A DNA stretch of 64,000 nucleotides, from the NCBI GenBank assembly GCA_001687465.1, contig LVLI01000321.1, positions 1 to 64,000 on the forward strand. The letters are read 5' to 3'. The notes beneath the pieces were generated by a model, which saw nothing but the letters and a program-made list of their open reading frames with translations, had not been told where the DNA came from and did no database searches. This document shows positions 36,001 through 49,337 of this stretch, one piece after another. How positions within the stretch are numbered: position 1 is the stretch's first letter; every line of letters begins with the position of its first letter. Source of the DNA: Halocafeteria seosinensis. Its lineage: Eukaryota. A program made the translations under genes and the position numbers.

Positions 36001-36474
36001 TTGACCACAGTTTTGAAGCAGCTAAGCAATCCAGTTTGATGGAGTCTCAGGAGAATGCGCAGGAGCTCGAATTTGAATCACAGGGGATAGTTGCAAATGC
36101 CAGAGAACAGATCAATAGAACGGATAGCCAATTTCGGAATCAGCATATAAGTCCTCTTCATAATCGACAGCAAGCAAATGCTAAAACTATTGCAGGAAAG
36201 CCCCAAAGTAGGAAACCGTGGACTAAGGTAGGTATAACAGTACATGCGGTTTTACTTTTCTGAATATTACATATGATTGGGATGCTTGTCGCAGGACGAA
36301 ACCCTAAAATTTTTGGAAGGGGTCCGTGAATACGGTGTCGGCGAATGGTCTATCATTTCTTCCGAGAAAATGAATAGCAGTAGGAACAATGTTCAACTGA
36401 AAGACCGCTTTCGAACCTTACTGAGGAAGAAGATAATCAATGACAATGGCGAGCTTATTGGCGATTTGGATTAA
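33067..36474 (+). CDS. TRF-like telomere repeat-binding protein with C-terminal telobox Myb domain, 6 exons
   Basis: Exons 33067-33408, 33484-33549, 33617-33808, 33876-34169, 35148-36227 and 36295-36474 splice in phase with GT-AG ends. C-terminal PWTK|DETLKFLEGVREYGVGEWSII...RNNVQLKDRFRTL matches the telobox-type single Myb. Helical N-terminus and disordered linker. Confidence 0.8.
34218..35073 (+). ncRNA. Candidate intronic telomerase RNA with box C/D ends
   Basis: Template ACCCTAACC at 34381-34389. Helix 34372-34380/34619-34627. Pseudoknot 34534-34580. Box C-like GTGAGGA at 34223-34229 and box D CTGA at 35066-35069, closed by GGGC/GCCC. 14-bp helix 34264-34277/35006-35019. Confidence 0.75.
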
Positions 36475-36537
36475 CCTAAATTGTGTGTAACACACTAAGC
36501 AGCAGAAAAAATGACATTATGTAGTAACATTATTATT

Positions 36538-39500
36538 TCACGTTCTCGTAAAGCTTCTGAACCGGGATGACTTCATGTACGCCCGTGCAGCCTCCAACCT
36601 GCTTTGAACGTGTCGAGGTATAAAATCATGTCTCCCTCTATTGTTGTTGGCTTCTGTAGAGCCTCGCGAAAAACTATACTCTTCTACGAGATAGGCCGTA
36701 TCTGGTCCTACCGAACGTGGCGGTGAGCTGTGGCTGACGAAAGACTCACTGTTAGCACATGTCTTGTTATCATGGGCCTTCTCGTAGCTTGGAGCATTCG
36801 AAGATTCTGGTTTCTTGAGAAACTGAACCGTTTCCTTTCTCTTGTTTATCACAATGCGAGACTTGTCAGTGAACACGATACACAATTTTCCCGACTTCGT
36901 TCGACCAACCTTCAATATGTCGTTGTCAGAGTTGAAGTGTTCCTTAATTACTGATGTACAGATGGAGGAAGGAACGAACGAAGGGTTAGCTGCAGAATTG
37001 ACGGTAGTTGTTGCCTGGACAGAGCCTGCCGTCGAAGACGCCGGGATTTGATAAGGAGTCTTGGTTGACGCAAACGTTAGACGGCCTTCAGACATAAGTC
37101 TATCCAGGGTTTCTAACCCTTGGCGAACCTGCTGCGGAAGCTTGCTGTCACGATTTTCTCGAATACATGAATATCGTTTTTGTTGAGAGTTTTGACCCCA
37201 CTGTGACTCATACAGAGCATGAAGCTTCTCTAAATAGGTCAAGCACTTGTTCGTCTTCTCCTGCACAAAGGCAATCAACGAAGTGAGGCAGTTTATCGAC
37301 TGCGGTAAAGGAATCAGCTCGTATCCCTCGGGTAGCTGCCTATTCGGTGATGACTGACGAACGAAGTAGAACGAAGAAAGCAACCACTTGCGAACACTTT
37401 GGAAGTCAAATATAGACGTCTTCCTCCTGCCATCATCTCTCACTTGCAGGTAAACACCCTGCGTGGTTGAAGACGTATCATGCTGGGCCATTTGAAGACG
37501 ACAGTGGCTAATGTGCTCCGGCTTTGGAGAAATCCATAGGACGAGCGATCCGATGTTGTGAAACTGCACGATACAGTAGCTATATTTCATGGAATATACT
37601 ACTTCAATCCGCCTGGAGAACCGGATTTGACAGTCTGGTTGAGGAAAATTAGCCATGAGCGTTGTTAGGCATTGGGGAGAGAAGAGTTTGATGGTAGGAT
37701 ATCCTAAAGATAACACCTTCACCGAATTGTATAAATACATATAGTAAGACTTCCATTCGTCTGGTAGCTGTTCCAACGTAAATGAGTTCATATCCAAGGA
37801 ACTGTTATCCAACTCAGGTCGTAGTACAGAGTAAAACGAGTCCCACAACGTGTCTCTACTTGAGTTTTCAGGTGACGACTTCATTTTAGAGAGCAACTCC
37901 TCCATCTTATTCCGCTGGTGGTCGTTCAGGCTCATGTGCTGCACACTGACACAGGTGACCCCGAAAGATTCGTACACAGTTAAGCGTACGTTGTTGGAAA
38001 AGAAAACGGAATCAATTGAAACCGAGGAATCGCGTTGGGCCTCTTCTTTCTGGATCAGGCTATTGACACTGACAAGTGCTCGCAGAGTTATATGGGAGAG
38101 AGTGGGTAAGTAGTCTGTCCTCACCGGATCTAAAACCGACGGGGCTTGAACATTACTCCGGAATGTGAGGCTACTCGACAGTTGCTTGTTTTCCTTTGAA
38201 AAACTCTTGGTGCCTTCATAATACACAGAGCTGTACGCTTCTGCCAGTAGTTTCATGGCCGCTTTGGTTTGCGGGTTGCGAGAAGTGGAGGATACACTTT
38301 GGGATTGGTCCTGGGTAGCGCTCCGAGATGTTGAGGCTAGCTTCTCAGGTTCATTGTTAGACTCACTTGAGATGGATAGAGCCTTTGGGATATCAAACTG
38401 AAATGTGTTCTCCCGAGGGTTAGAGCAGTTCAGGGAGTCATTCTTCCTGGGGTTGGCCAGAGAAGCCTCTTCATCCTCATCTGTAGTATTCCCTGCTGCG
38501 GCCTTCGGGATTTCTGCTACATCGTCATAAACGGTGCCACTAGAATACCCGCGTTGCGTCGCAGTAATCATCTCAGTTGTCATTGCAGTCGTATCAGCTC
38601 TCTGTTTGCTTTTTCTTAGCGTGGATTCAGATCCAGAATCACCGAAATATTCGTGTTGCAGAGCATCGGACGCGCTAAGACGCTTTGCAGGATCCAATTG
38701 AAGTAAACCTAATAAAAGATCCCGGCAACTTGCACTGCATGTTTCCGGGTTATCAATGTTATTGCGGAAAGAGCTAGCGAATCTTATAGAATTTGCTGTA
38801 CTGGAGCCGTCTCTTGAGGCGGCTTCGCCGCGTCTCGACAGATGTCTGGCAGCTGTTGAGTTTCCCTTTTTGCTAATGGGGGACTTCCCGAACTTCAGCA
38901 TGTACAGTAGACAGCCACATCCCCACATATCTGCCTTATACGAATGTGGTCTGTTCTGGACAATCTCTGGAGCTATGTACACTGGTGTGCCACACAAGGT
39001 GTTGCGTTCTCCATTCTCGGTTCTGAAAGGGGAAAACGGAATTGACATCGGTTCATCATGGTGGTGACATCGGAAACGAAAACTTACTCAAATTTAACTG
39101 CAAGTCCAAAGTCGCATAATGCTATCGATTTTTCTAAAGAGGCCGATAAGGGGGTTTGACGGAGCAACAAATTTGAAAGTTTCAAGTCTCTGTGAATGAT
39201 GTTCCTGCAATGCAGGTGTTCTATAGCCTCGATTATCTGCTTCATGATACTTCGGCAAATATCATCATCGAAAGGGCCATGCTTTTTCGTCCATGAATAC
39301 AGATCTCCCATAGCGCAGTATTCCATCATCAGGTACACCGCCTTGCTGTCTTCCCATGCGCTATAAAAGTGCACAATACCGGGATGGGACACTGAAGAAT
39401 GTACTTCGACTTCCTGTATGACTCGCTTTTTCATTCCCGCTCTATTCATGCGCTTCTTATCCAACACCTTAATGGCCACTTCAGGATTCTGAGCATCGTC

Positions 39501-39605
39501 ATCGTGGGATCGCCGGTTTGTACTCCCGTTGGAACGACATCGGTACACATAGCCGAATCCTCCCTTTCCGACACACTCAAGCGGCGTATATCCTTGCGTC
39601 TGCAT
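36538..39605 (-). CDS. PLK4: Polo-like kinase 4 (SAK), 2 exons
   Basis: Kinase with AGMKKRVIQEVEVH, HRDLKLSN, DFGLA and TLCGTP.YIAPE. Cryptic polo-box-like segment (LPDEWKSYYMY...LMANFPQPD...F). Confidence 0.85.
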
Positions 39606-40423
39606 GGAAAGCAAAGCCAAAACGACATGAACATGGTGAAGTCATCGCAGTTGACGAGAAAACATGCTTCGCTCGTTGTAGATACGGTTGCGGATCCTCG
39701 CGCGCAAAATTGTCGTCCACCGGGGATCCCTCCATATCATTGGATTTCTTCTATTACACCCCGTTCTTTTTTTTTAGAGAAGCAACTAGACGTGATGCCC
39801 TCTAGATAAAACTTGGTAGAGTGTCCAATGAGTGTGAAATAAGTGAAGGAGAGGCAATAAGCCATCCTAGCAAACGGTATTTCAAAGGCCTCTCCGGGAG
39901 CCATATACACGTACCTTGAGACAATGCTCAATATCTTCTGGCTGGAGCATTGTTATCTACTAATATCGAATTGTATGTACATTTCCTGAGGAAGAGCGTA
40001 GGAGCATACATCGACAACTCCACGCGGCTGAGTCCCTCTGTCAAACCGTGTTGACCCACGGTCAGTAGGTTCTCCCTTGTTAGGATTCCGGAAGCACCCC
40101 TACTCTGAAATTACTTGAAAACCAGATGCTGAAGAAAATGGCGAACCAAATATACGATACTGGATTGAATTCTTTCCATACTATTTTCTTTGTAAAACCT
40201 ACAACGATTCGTGTATTATACACTTCCTCAGGTTTAGGTTTAATACCTCCATTGAATTCCCAACTACTACCACAGCAACCCTTTTGGTTCCACCTGATAC
40301 TCTCTTTCGTAAAAAGGCAATGGCATTGATTCACGGTTTGATTGACTTCGTACTGTTTGCTATTCACTATGGCTGTCATGAGTCGCCGCAGTCTCGTTCC
40401 CGGAAACGAAACGACCGCTGAGA

Positions 40424-41288
40424 CTAGCTATCTTTACCCGTAAGCACGATGAACGCCATCAATCCCACAACGCAGAACTTCAGCCAAGGATAATCATTCA
40501 TTAATATTGTTGCGTTACCAGCATAAGGGATGTATCTGCGGGGAGCGAGTTACAGAGCCTCTTCACACAAGATGCGCTGCGGTTCAAGCGCTCGCTCTTA
40601 CCCTTCTACATGGCCAACTATGTGCCTTCGCTCCAGCCACTTCTGTCCAGGGGCATATAGTCCGTGATCATATACTTTATTATTATCTCCTTTCGTTAAA
40701 TATTTGAAAGAACCATCTTCTCTGCATTTTCAGTTCAATCATGCGCGTACTTCTTTTACAAAGGCGTAAGCCGAATGAATGGCGCTCAGCGTTACCACAT
40801 ACGACTGACGAGCCTCTAGAATGCGATGAACAACCGGTATCTCTCTTCCATCGATCTTAAACACTACGATTTCTCCCGGGGCGAGCACGGGTTTTCTGTT
40901 GGAAAGTAATAATAAGTCCCCGCGGTACATGGCCGGTTCCATGCTTCCACTGCATCCAGTGCGCACATTGTTGCCGTGCAGCTTCGAGAGAGTGTATGAG
41001 CCAGGAAAAACCTACCTGAGCACCACTACGACGGGGCTTTCGCCTTGTGTATACCACACTGCTGTCCTCCATATCATGAGCGCTGTGATGATGACCAAGC
41101 CCAAGTTTAGCCCTTGAAATGCAAGCTGTACCATTCATTGCACGAGCCAATGGGCACCTCAAACGGTAGATAAATACATGAATTAGCATATGCGAAAGAG
41201 TATAATGCCGTACCTGGCGTTTATTATGCCACATACGCTTGATTTCCTCCGTCTGCTCCGTGAAGCGCTCGTAGATCGTATCTAACAT
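40424..41288 (-). CDS. SEC11: Signal peptidase complex catalytic subunit SEC11, multi-exon
   Basis: [39 protein letters not shown] and IPYAG...ILMNDYP motifs. Confidence 0.92.
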
Positions 41289-41614
41289 CGTTCACGTGAA
41301 AAGACGTATACAGATACACACACACACACACACAATTTAAGAATAAAATACACACATGTGTGGGCACATAGATTGTTCCAACACGGTGCAAGCAAGTGAC
41401 AATACGAGAGAGATAAGAACTTACGGAGAAGCGGAATCCAGCTACCCTTACGTACAATATAACGTTTCCACAGCACTACTATGCGCTAATTATTCAAGTC
41501 TTCGATTCGCGAAGGATGGTGTAGAAACATTTGAACGGAGAACTACAGGCAACGGGCCCCGTTGAACAGGGAAATTGGTCATTTATTACTTCCACTGTTT
41601 TGATTTCGTCAAGC

Positions 41615-43466
41615 TCAATACAGTGTCCGCAAATTGTCAAAGTGCAAGTATGACGAGTTGTACACGTCTTCACTGAGCGATGTGCCTCGTTCGTTGCCGG
41701 AGTCAAGTGATCCAAATTTCCATGAACCATAATATGCAACCGGGTTTATTGAGTACTGCCGTGCATTATAGCGGCGTATTAGCCCGGCAATCTTCCCACT
41801 CCTATCTTCGAAAAAACTCTTCGCTTCCTCTTCTCGCTTTTCCCATTGTTTAAGGAGTTTGGAATACGATTCCACAGCCTCCAGCCACTCACTCGCCTCA
41901 TGCGGGTGTATACCGGCTGGTGAAGCAGAATGTTGGCTGTTCAAGCCACTGCTATTTTCCCACTTTTCAAACGCTGATCGAAAGAGCCCTTCGGCAGTAA
42001 CAGCCCTGTCAGTACCATGGTAGAGTACACCTAATAACGATAGAGTTCTGGCGAATTGTGGATGATCAGGTGGTAGGTGCTGTTCCTGTTCTTTCAGCAC
42101 CCGATTTAATAAATCTGAGGCCTTTTCGTAGGAGTTTTGTTTCATAAGTAATTTTGCCATGTAGGATTCTAGGTCAGACCTCAAAAGGATAACATCTGAT
42201 ACGTATATACAAAACGAAGAGATCATGAAACACATAGCCAGACCCCGGCAGAGGTACATCGTGATGCAGTTTGCTTACCTGTAGATAGTTCTTCTTCATT
42301 TTTCATATGTTCCTCAATCCCTTGGTCAAACTCATCATCCCCAAATCCTTCAATCATCGCAGACCCAGGCAGCATGTACAGCGAAGAATCCAGAAGATCG
42401 TAGGCCGCCAATGTGTCTTTTGGAATGCATTCGTAGTCGGAAGCAGTAGTCTGACTAGTACTTGCCTCCGCAGCCTCCTCCACATAATGGCCGCCAAACG
42501 TTAGACATGCTTCGTCTCCTTCATTTACACGGCCTACCGAATAATTGTAAGCCGCCAAGTTCCGGTCGGCAATGGAAGCCCCAATTTCGGCAAACTCCTT
42601 TTCCCGCATACTGGTGGAATTTTCCATCAAATCTGTCCATGCTTCAATAGCCGCAGTTTCGTGTGGGTAAGGGTTATCATGAGGCTGACTTCCTTCTGCC
42701 AAACTTGCTAACCCAGCTAGTATTCTGTTATGTGCTGTTGCGACAAAATGTATCTGTTCTGGTTCTAAATCCTTAAAGTTTGATGCTACTAGTGGTTTGC
42801 CTGCCGCTTTAATAACGTGTTGGCCAAGGCGAATGGCACTCCGAGGATCGCCTATGTGCAGGTACAGACTTGATGCGGTCAACCATATATGCATAAACTC
42901 TTTCAAAGGCAGCGACGATGAATTCTGCATATGCAGCGGCAAAGGTACAGCATAAGCCATTCTGCCCATATAAGATCAAGGTCAAGCCTTACTTTGGAGA
43001 ATTCCTCGCTAATTTCGCTGTTCAACGTAGCTAACTGATGCCCCCCTACTGAATAATTGCGCGAAGCGTGACATACATTGATTAATCTGTAAAACACCAA
43101 TATCCGAATGGAACGCTACCAGGGTCCACTCGTGGGAATTACTCACTTTTTCCGAGCGTAAAGAGCCATGGGCGATAGACCTCCCATTCTGGACAAAACT
43201 TCTACTATCCGCTGCAAATCTTGAACGGCTTTATCAGCATTCCCTTGTTGAATAGCTTGAGAAGCCTGGGCCCATTCCGGGAAGTGTTCCAGTTGCTCAT
43301 CTAGCTCCTCCACAGGGACGCCCGCTACCATGGTACTCATACACGGGCTTTGGTATCTTGTAAAGAGAAGATTGCGGTTGGAAACCGCACGAACTGGTTT
43401 GTGTGGCGCATACAAGAATTCCCGGAAGTTCTGGGTCAACAAGGTCGCAGTGGATCGTCGCAACAT
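41615..43466 (-). CDS. Helical-repeat (TPR-like) protein with probable mitochondrial presequence, multi-exon
   Basis: Basic N-terminus MLRRSTATLL. TPR-like YEKASDLLNRVLKEQEQHLPPDHPQFARTL..LG.LY...TAEGLFRSA. Confidence 0.65.
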
Positions 43467-43770
43467 GGCTCTCCTTTAACGCACAGCCCCTGGTTCGGGC
43501 CAACGGATGGGGAACAGATAGATATCTATTGGTAGCTTAAGCCCACCAATTTATGTGAGCATCAGTCAACAATTCATGGAGCTACACGGCATTTACGGGT
43601 AGCGCGTGCTCGTCGCGCCAACTTCACAAACGTGTTGAAGAATTACCATATCACCACAACGGTGGCATATGGTAAATGGCCACGTTGGAACTTCTATGTT
43701 TGGTCAACAGAGAGCGTCGCGTACTTAATCAGAAACATGAGTGATACAAACATTTTCAGATAATCTGTAT

Positions 43771-46240
43771 TCATTCAGGTGTATTCATCAAGTCCGCCTT
43801 CTCCGATGGGTGTACGGTGGGTTGTATCCCGAATCGCCGCCACCATTTCGATGACATCTCACACGTACTAACTTGGTAGTACCAAGACATTTGACGAATT
43901 TGTTTGAACGTGATTATGGTATTCCTTGAATCGAGATGCGAAACGTATACGCCAATTGCTACACCAGTCCATGGTAGCGTTGAAGCTGTTCGCACGTAGC
44001 TCCGCAAGCAACGACCCTATGTTGCGGCTCTGTGACTCGTTGCGTGCTTGCTTGAAGCATTCGGGAGTCTAGGCCGGTGGCATCGATATGATTAAGGAAG
44101 AATCTACGCCAAAGGGGCCCAAACCGATTCCCATACTCTGTCCGTGGTTAACATGGTTCGTCGAACAGTGTTCCCGACGATGATTGCAGTCAAAGATACC
44201 GAACGACATAACAATGACTGAGTGAATGGTGGCAGGCAGAGCGACGTCGGTACAATACTCAACGTCCGTGTAGGTAGGCAGCGGCAAGTTCCCCATTTCA
44301 TTTCCAGATCCAGCACGCAAGAGGAATTCATGCTACTGTACTTCCTCTTTGAAAGGTTGCTTACGTTTGGGTGTCTGCAAATTGGATTTGGACTACCAGT
44401 TGAAAGACGGCTATCTCCTCCTTCAAACCAGCAATGATTGCTGCCTTCTTCAGACTCGCCCAGCTCATGACTCTGTAACTCAACTTCAAAGTTACCAGAG
44501 AACTGAACTATTGCTGACTTCTTCAGACTCGCCCAGCTCATGACTCTGTAGCGCAACTTCATAGTTACCAGAGGCAGGTACAGAGCGGTCTGTATGTATT
44601 CTTGGTTCCGGAGGCGGACAATGAAATAGGGCCGTGTGTGCTCCATGATGGTGATGTTCTTCTTCGTGCCAAGAGTTGATACAATGGTAGCTTCCAAGCG
44701 TATGTACACAATGCGGCACTCGCTCTTCGCGTATGTTATACGCTCTGCACCCCCTTACGTACAACTGCAGCCAGTACGTCCATACATACATTGCAGTAGT
44801 CGGTGCATGCCGCTAGCTCGTTACCGCAGGAAAGAGTAGAGGGGATTGTCTAGATAGAATCCCAGCTGATATACACATCATGTCTCCTGAGTACTTCATA
44901 CCATATCATCCCACTCCTCCCGGAGTCCGGTGTTTGCGAAGAAGTTCGGCAGCTACAGGCACGTATACTGAAAATTGTCCACGGTGGCATACCACGCGAA
45001 GAAGTAAGTTTTGTCCTCCTGATTGGCTTGTCTTGTTTGTTAGGGAAATGGAATGGAGTGCCAGTGCGCATGGCTTGCGTGAGAGTCCATTAAGTGAGAT
45101 TCATATCATGATCCGATGCTGGGAATATCCATAGCACGCTGTTACATCCAAGGGTTGTCCAAAAGGATGGCACAGGAAGAAGTGACTACTCTTGCATGGA
45201 TAGTTCTCAATGCACTTGTGAATTCTACTCCCTGCTGCCGCCAGCTTTCCATACCTGCGGCTCCAGCGTAGGAACTTGAACCATGAAAACCGGACATAAC
45301 GTTCCTTACTTCATTCGCACAGGCTGAACTAGGAGTCTGAGAAGTGCACCACAGGTATTTGACGACTATGTTTGGCGTCCAAGACGGCAAGCAAGGAAAT
45401 GAATGGAAGGCAACGGGCCATTATCGTGCCTCGGTGGCACACGGGGTCACTCCTGCGTAGAGGGTAAACATATGATCATACCGGTATGGAGGACGAAGCA
45501 CTATGCTTCCCATCGTGCACCCAACGCGGTAGCTAATGCCAGATAGGAACCGGCAAGCTCCTACCTTCTTCCTGTTTGCCGGTAGCAGGGTCGAATGGCT
45601 AGCACTCCTTGTTTGTAGAGAGAACGTCGCTTCCGGATACTCTACTTCATCCTCGACGTTGGGTAAAGTGGAGTCTTGGCATTCTACGCAACAAGAGTGT
45701 ACTGCTTTTACCAAGCTGAACGAGTGGCCGGGTTCATTGCTCTGGAGCTCAACATGGAAGGCATCCATTTGCACATTTCACGGCATACACTGTCAGTAGG
45801 AGTTCTCCAGTTCATCCGCCATGATCCGCGAGGGCGAGTACACCTTCGGGCCGAGTTGGTAGTGCTTTTCCCAAATAACTTATATGATGAGTGATGAGTT
45901 TATTGGCAGTAAGGGATACTCAAGAAAATTTGTGGTCAAGCTTTCCAAAATTCTCAATGAAAACTAATTTGTACGCAATGTTAGCTTGACCAGTTGAACC
46001 AGTTCCGGAAGGGGGCGGGGGGCGTGGGAGTAGACATGAAAATTAAGATGTGTCCTTGCGAAAAGCCCGGATGTGGGCAACAGCTGCAGTGCAGCAGCTC
46101 TTCTAGTTGTACAATGTACGATTGTACTACATCAACTGAGGAAAACATGAAGTGGGAACGCCGACCGATACGTAAAACATTTGCAGGTCTACTTTTGTCT
46201 CGTTTCCCATGCGTCACGGGCAAAAAGGCACGTCTTTGAA
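43771..46240 (-). pseudogene. Fragmented coding-like remnant of unknown family
   Basis: Short broken ORFs, a recurring VELQS motif, and a 73-bp tandem duplication at 44438-44573 that shifts frame. Confidence 0.3.
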
Positions 46241-47747
46241 GAACAGTGCTTCAGTCCAGCGGGCCTACTGGCCACTGGCTGGCTTCAAGAAACCTGGGCC
46301 GCTGAGCGCCTGCGGATACAGTACATAGACAGATATTTATATCTGTTGGATACTTCTCCATGGGCAAACTGGATTGATTTCAGAACTCACGCAAACCATT
46401 TGAAACAAGTTCGTGTTGACCTCGTTTCAATTTCTCCTTCAGGGTCTTTCTCGTACGAGACCTTACTGTATGGCACCACGAAGGCTTTTGGACAGGAACA
46501 GACCTCTCTAGTCAGCCATCTCCCGTATACATTGCGTACTGTTGGAGTGGACGAAGGAATAGCGCCCTAGCCATACTGGCTGCAGATCGGGCACGCTTTC
46601 ATGTACATCGCACTTTGTACTTTCTGCGTGGCATAAACGAAGAGGATGTACCGTTAAAGCTCGGTCAGGATACATAATTCTATCGGACGATTATTTTTGG
46701 AAACAATCTGTCAACGGAATTAAAATGGTCAAGGAGGAAAACTATCTATACTTATGTCATTTACATCTGCTGCTCGCTACCAGCGTTGCTTTGGCGTGTG
46801 TGCCGTTCGCCCAGATTGTTCATGTGTCAGTTGCTGCTGTTTCCATTCCGGCTACTAATGGAAGTATGTTAAATACGGTAGAATCCTCTGCCTCTGAGGA
46901 ACCAATATCAGCAAGGTTTAAGATGATAGACTCTCTGCTACCATTGCGAGTAGGAGGGTCGTTGTCATCCAACTCCCAACAGCAGCAACAGGTGGTGTTG
47001 TGGGTGCTTATTTGTGGCTCCAGACCACTAAAGAACGCATTCGTTCCGCCATTGATAGTACAACTTCGGGCTCCTTATACTTCTTCAGTAACCTTTTTAG
47101 GAGTATCGGACCGGTGGCCCGATCAGCTGCGGCAGAAAAAATGGGTAAGGCTTAGCCGGGAGGGTACTCGTTCCGTCCGGTGTACCCCGGATAACTGGTC
47201 ATGGACAGAAAGTATTCTGTCCCCAAAAGCACGAAAATCTTGCTCTTCTGGTTCTCTGATCAGCGTAGCAATGTCAGTGGACTGGGCTTCCGGGACTCGG
47301 GTTTCGTCCGTTTCTGTTTCCGTCCGGCACACTACTACAGATTTGGTTGATCTCATAAATGATGCCCCAACTCCTGGGTGCACTACAACCACCCGGAAAG
47401 CTTGCAACGTTGCGTCCTGCAGTTCTGGAACAACGTCACGGGTATCCCCCACCCAACCAGAGGACTTGACGCACATTCCTGAAACACCGGGTTTGCATCC
47501 CAACGCACGCATCATCCTCAGAAACGATGAAAAGTCTGGAACATCTCTACGTGAAAGCACTAATTACCTCCATGTAACTCACCCTGCCGAGGAAGACAGC
47601 CCCAAATTACAAACTCCTCAAATATGTGCAGTAGTCCTTGGAGCAGTCCATTTCTGCATTTCCGTTATGATGCGAGTGGGCGGGTACCAGACAGGAGCAG
47701 ACCTTCCTCGTGTGTATGGATGCCATAGTGCAGTACCAGGTATCTCC

Positions 47748-49337
47748 ATGTATGATGTAAAAGAGGTGACTAGTGGTTTTGACACAGTTCGGGGGAAGAC
47801 AAGACCACGTAAAGCAGACAAAATCGCGTCTCGAGAACCGGATTTTGAACCAACCCTTCTATGTCTCATCATGTTGATAGTTGTGTTGTTATTCTCCGGG
47901 AAGTCGCTCGCACAAGATTCCGATGATTTACGAGATAGTATCTTAGACGACCATGAAGCTTGTTTTCAGTATTTCCCCCATGACAATGTCTTCCGGGTGA
48001 ACTGCACAGTCCTCAGCTGGGGAGCCCATAATTACAATGGTGACACCCATATTACGCTTAAGGCAAATGAGACATTTGATGGTGGCGGTCGCGACGGAAA
48101 TGTCATTGACTTAAATGATACTGCCGACTTCCATGGATTGATCGCCATTGAGAATGGTGGTGTTGACATTGAATCCTTGGATGAAGCTCCCTTGATTCGG
48201 AATGTTCATGTCAAGAATGGGTACGCTGCACTTAATGGAGGATTTATTGTACGAGAAAAGCAAAGATATTTTACGGTGGATTCATGTAGCTCAACAGGAG
48301 AGATCACTGGTACGAATGGTGGTGGTATATGTGGTCAGCAGGCGGGGCGCAACGGAGGCCACATTAGGATTTCGAATTCTTACTCTATAGGAAAAATACA
48401 TGGTAAACACGCAGGTGGTATCACAGGGTATCGTGCAGGATACGATGAAGGGACCGTGAATATCACCCAAAGTTATTCCACTGGGACGATTGGAGGAAAT
48501 AAAGCAGGTGGTATCTGCGGGGATGGGGCTGGAACTAAGAATGGTCATGTGTATGTAACGCAATCATATTCCACAGGAAATATCCATGGTGAAAAGAGTG
48601 GTGGTATTACGGGAGCGGATACAGCATGGGATGAGGGTGAGGTACATATTAGAGACTGTTATACGCGAGGAGACATTGGGGATTATATAGCAGGAGGAGT
48701 TACGGGGGCAAACACCGGGGGATGCTGTTGTTGCCCCGCAGGCGATGTATACATAACAAATACGTATGCTTCCGGTAGTGTCCAACATCCAAGTTATGGT
48801 GGAATAATGGGAAGTATACATAGTGACGCAAGTGGTATTATCAACGTACAATATTCGGTATACAATGGTTCAGCTGGGGCTAGTATGGTAGGAGACGACA
48901 ACTCTCAAGACGGTGTATTGAACACCACGGGCATTTTAAACACTTTGGATGGTATACGAGGTCAACTATATCATTATGAGGGTGTTCAAAAATGGGATAA
49001 TGAAACTTGGGCTCTCAATGGAAGCGATAGTCTGCCGATACTGCGCTTTCAGTTGGCGGGACCGCCAACTCCAACGCCAAGCGCAGCTCCAAGCCCCTCA
49101 GGCACGTCTACAGGGACTTCAAGTGCCTCCAGGACATCAACAGCATCATCAAGCCATTCCGCATCTCCTATGGCAACGGCCACGAGCACGCATAGTTTGA
49201 AACCGACCAGCATACCATCGGGATCGCCTCGCTTGTTGGGAACGAAGCGAAGGTTACCAATGCAACGACCGCCGAGAACCATAAAGCAAGAGTCAAGCAA
49301 GAGCATGAGCACGAAACTCTCAAAGCGCCATCGCTAA
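47748..49337 (+). CDS. Secreted/surface GLUG-like repeat protein with Ser/Thr-rich tail
   Basis: Hydrophobic signal LLCLIMLIVVLLFSGKSLA. About 6 repeats of I..SYSTG.I.G..AGGI.G. The ORF is open from 46725, but the true start is probably at 47748 or 47871. Confidence 0.75.
   Translation: MYDVKEVTSGFDTVRGKTRPRKADKIASREPDFEPTLLCLIMLIVVLLFSGKSLAQDSDDLRDSILDDHEACFQYFPHDNVFRVNCTVLSWGAHNYNGDTHITLKANETFDGGGRDGNVIDLNDTADFHGLIAIENGGVDIESLDEAPLIRNVHVKNGYAALNGGFIVREKQRYFTVDSCSSTGEITGTNGGGICGQQAGRNGGHIRISNSYSIGKIHGKHAGGITGYRAGYDEGTVNITQSYSTGTIGGNKAGGICGDGAGTKNGHVYVTQSYSTGNIHGEKSGGITGADTAWDEGEVHIRDCYTRGDIGDYIAGGVTGANTGGCCCCPAGDVYITNTYASGSVQHPSYGGIMGSIHSDASGIINVQYSVYNGSAGASMVGDDNSQDGVLNTTGILNTLDGIRGQLYHYEGVQKWDNETWALNGSDSLPILRFQLAGPPTPTPSAAPSPSGTSTGTSSASRTSTASSSHSASPMATATSTHSLKPTSIPSGSPRLLGTKRRLPMQRPPRTIKQESSKSMSTKLSKRHR

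Noticed and set aside
40080..40379. AT-richer 99-aa ORF, possible foreign or organellar insert
   Set aside because: No motif or homology recognisable by eye.
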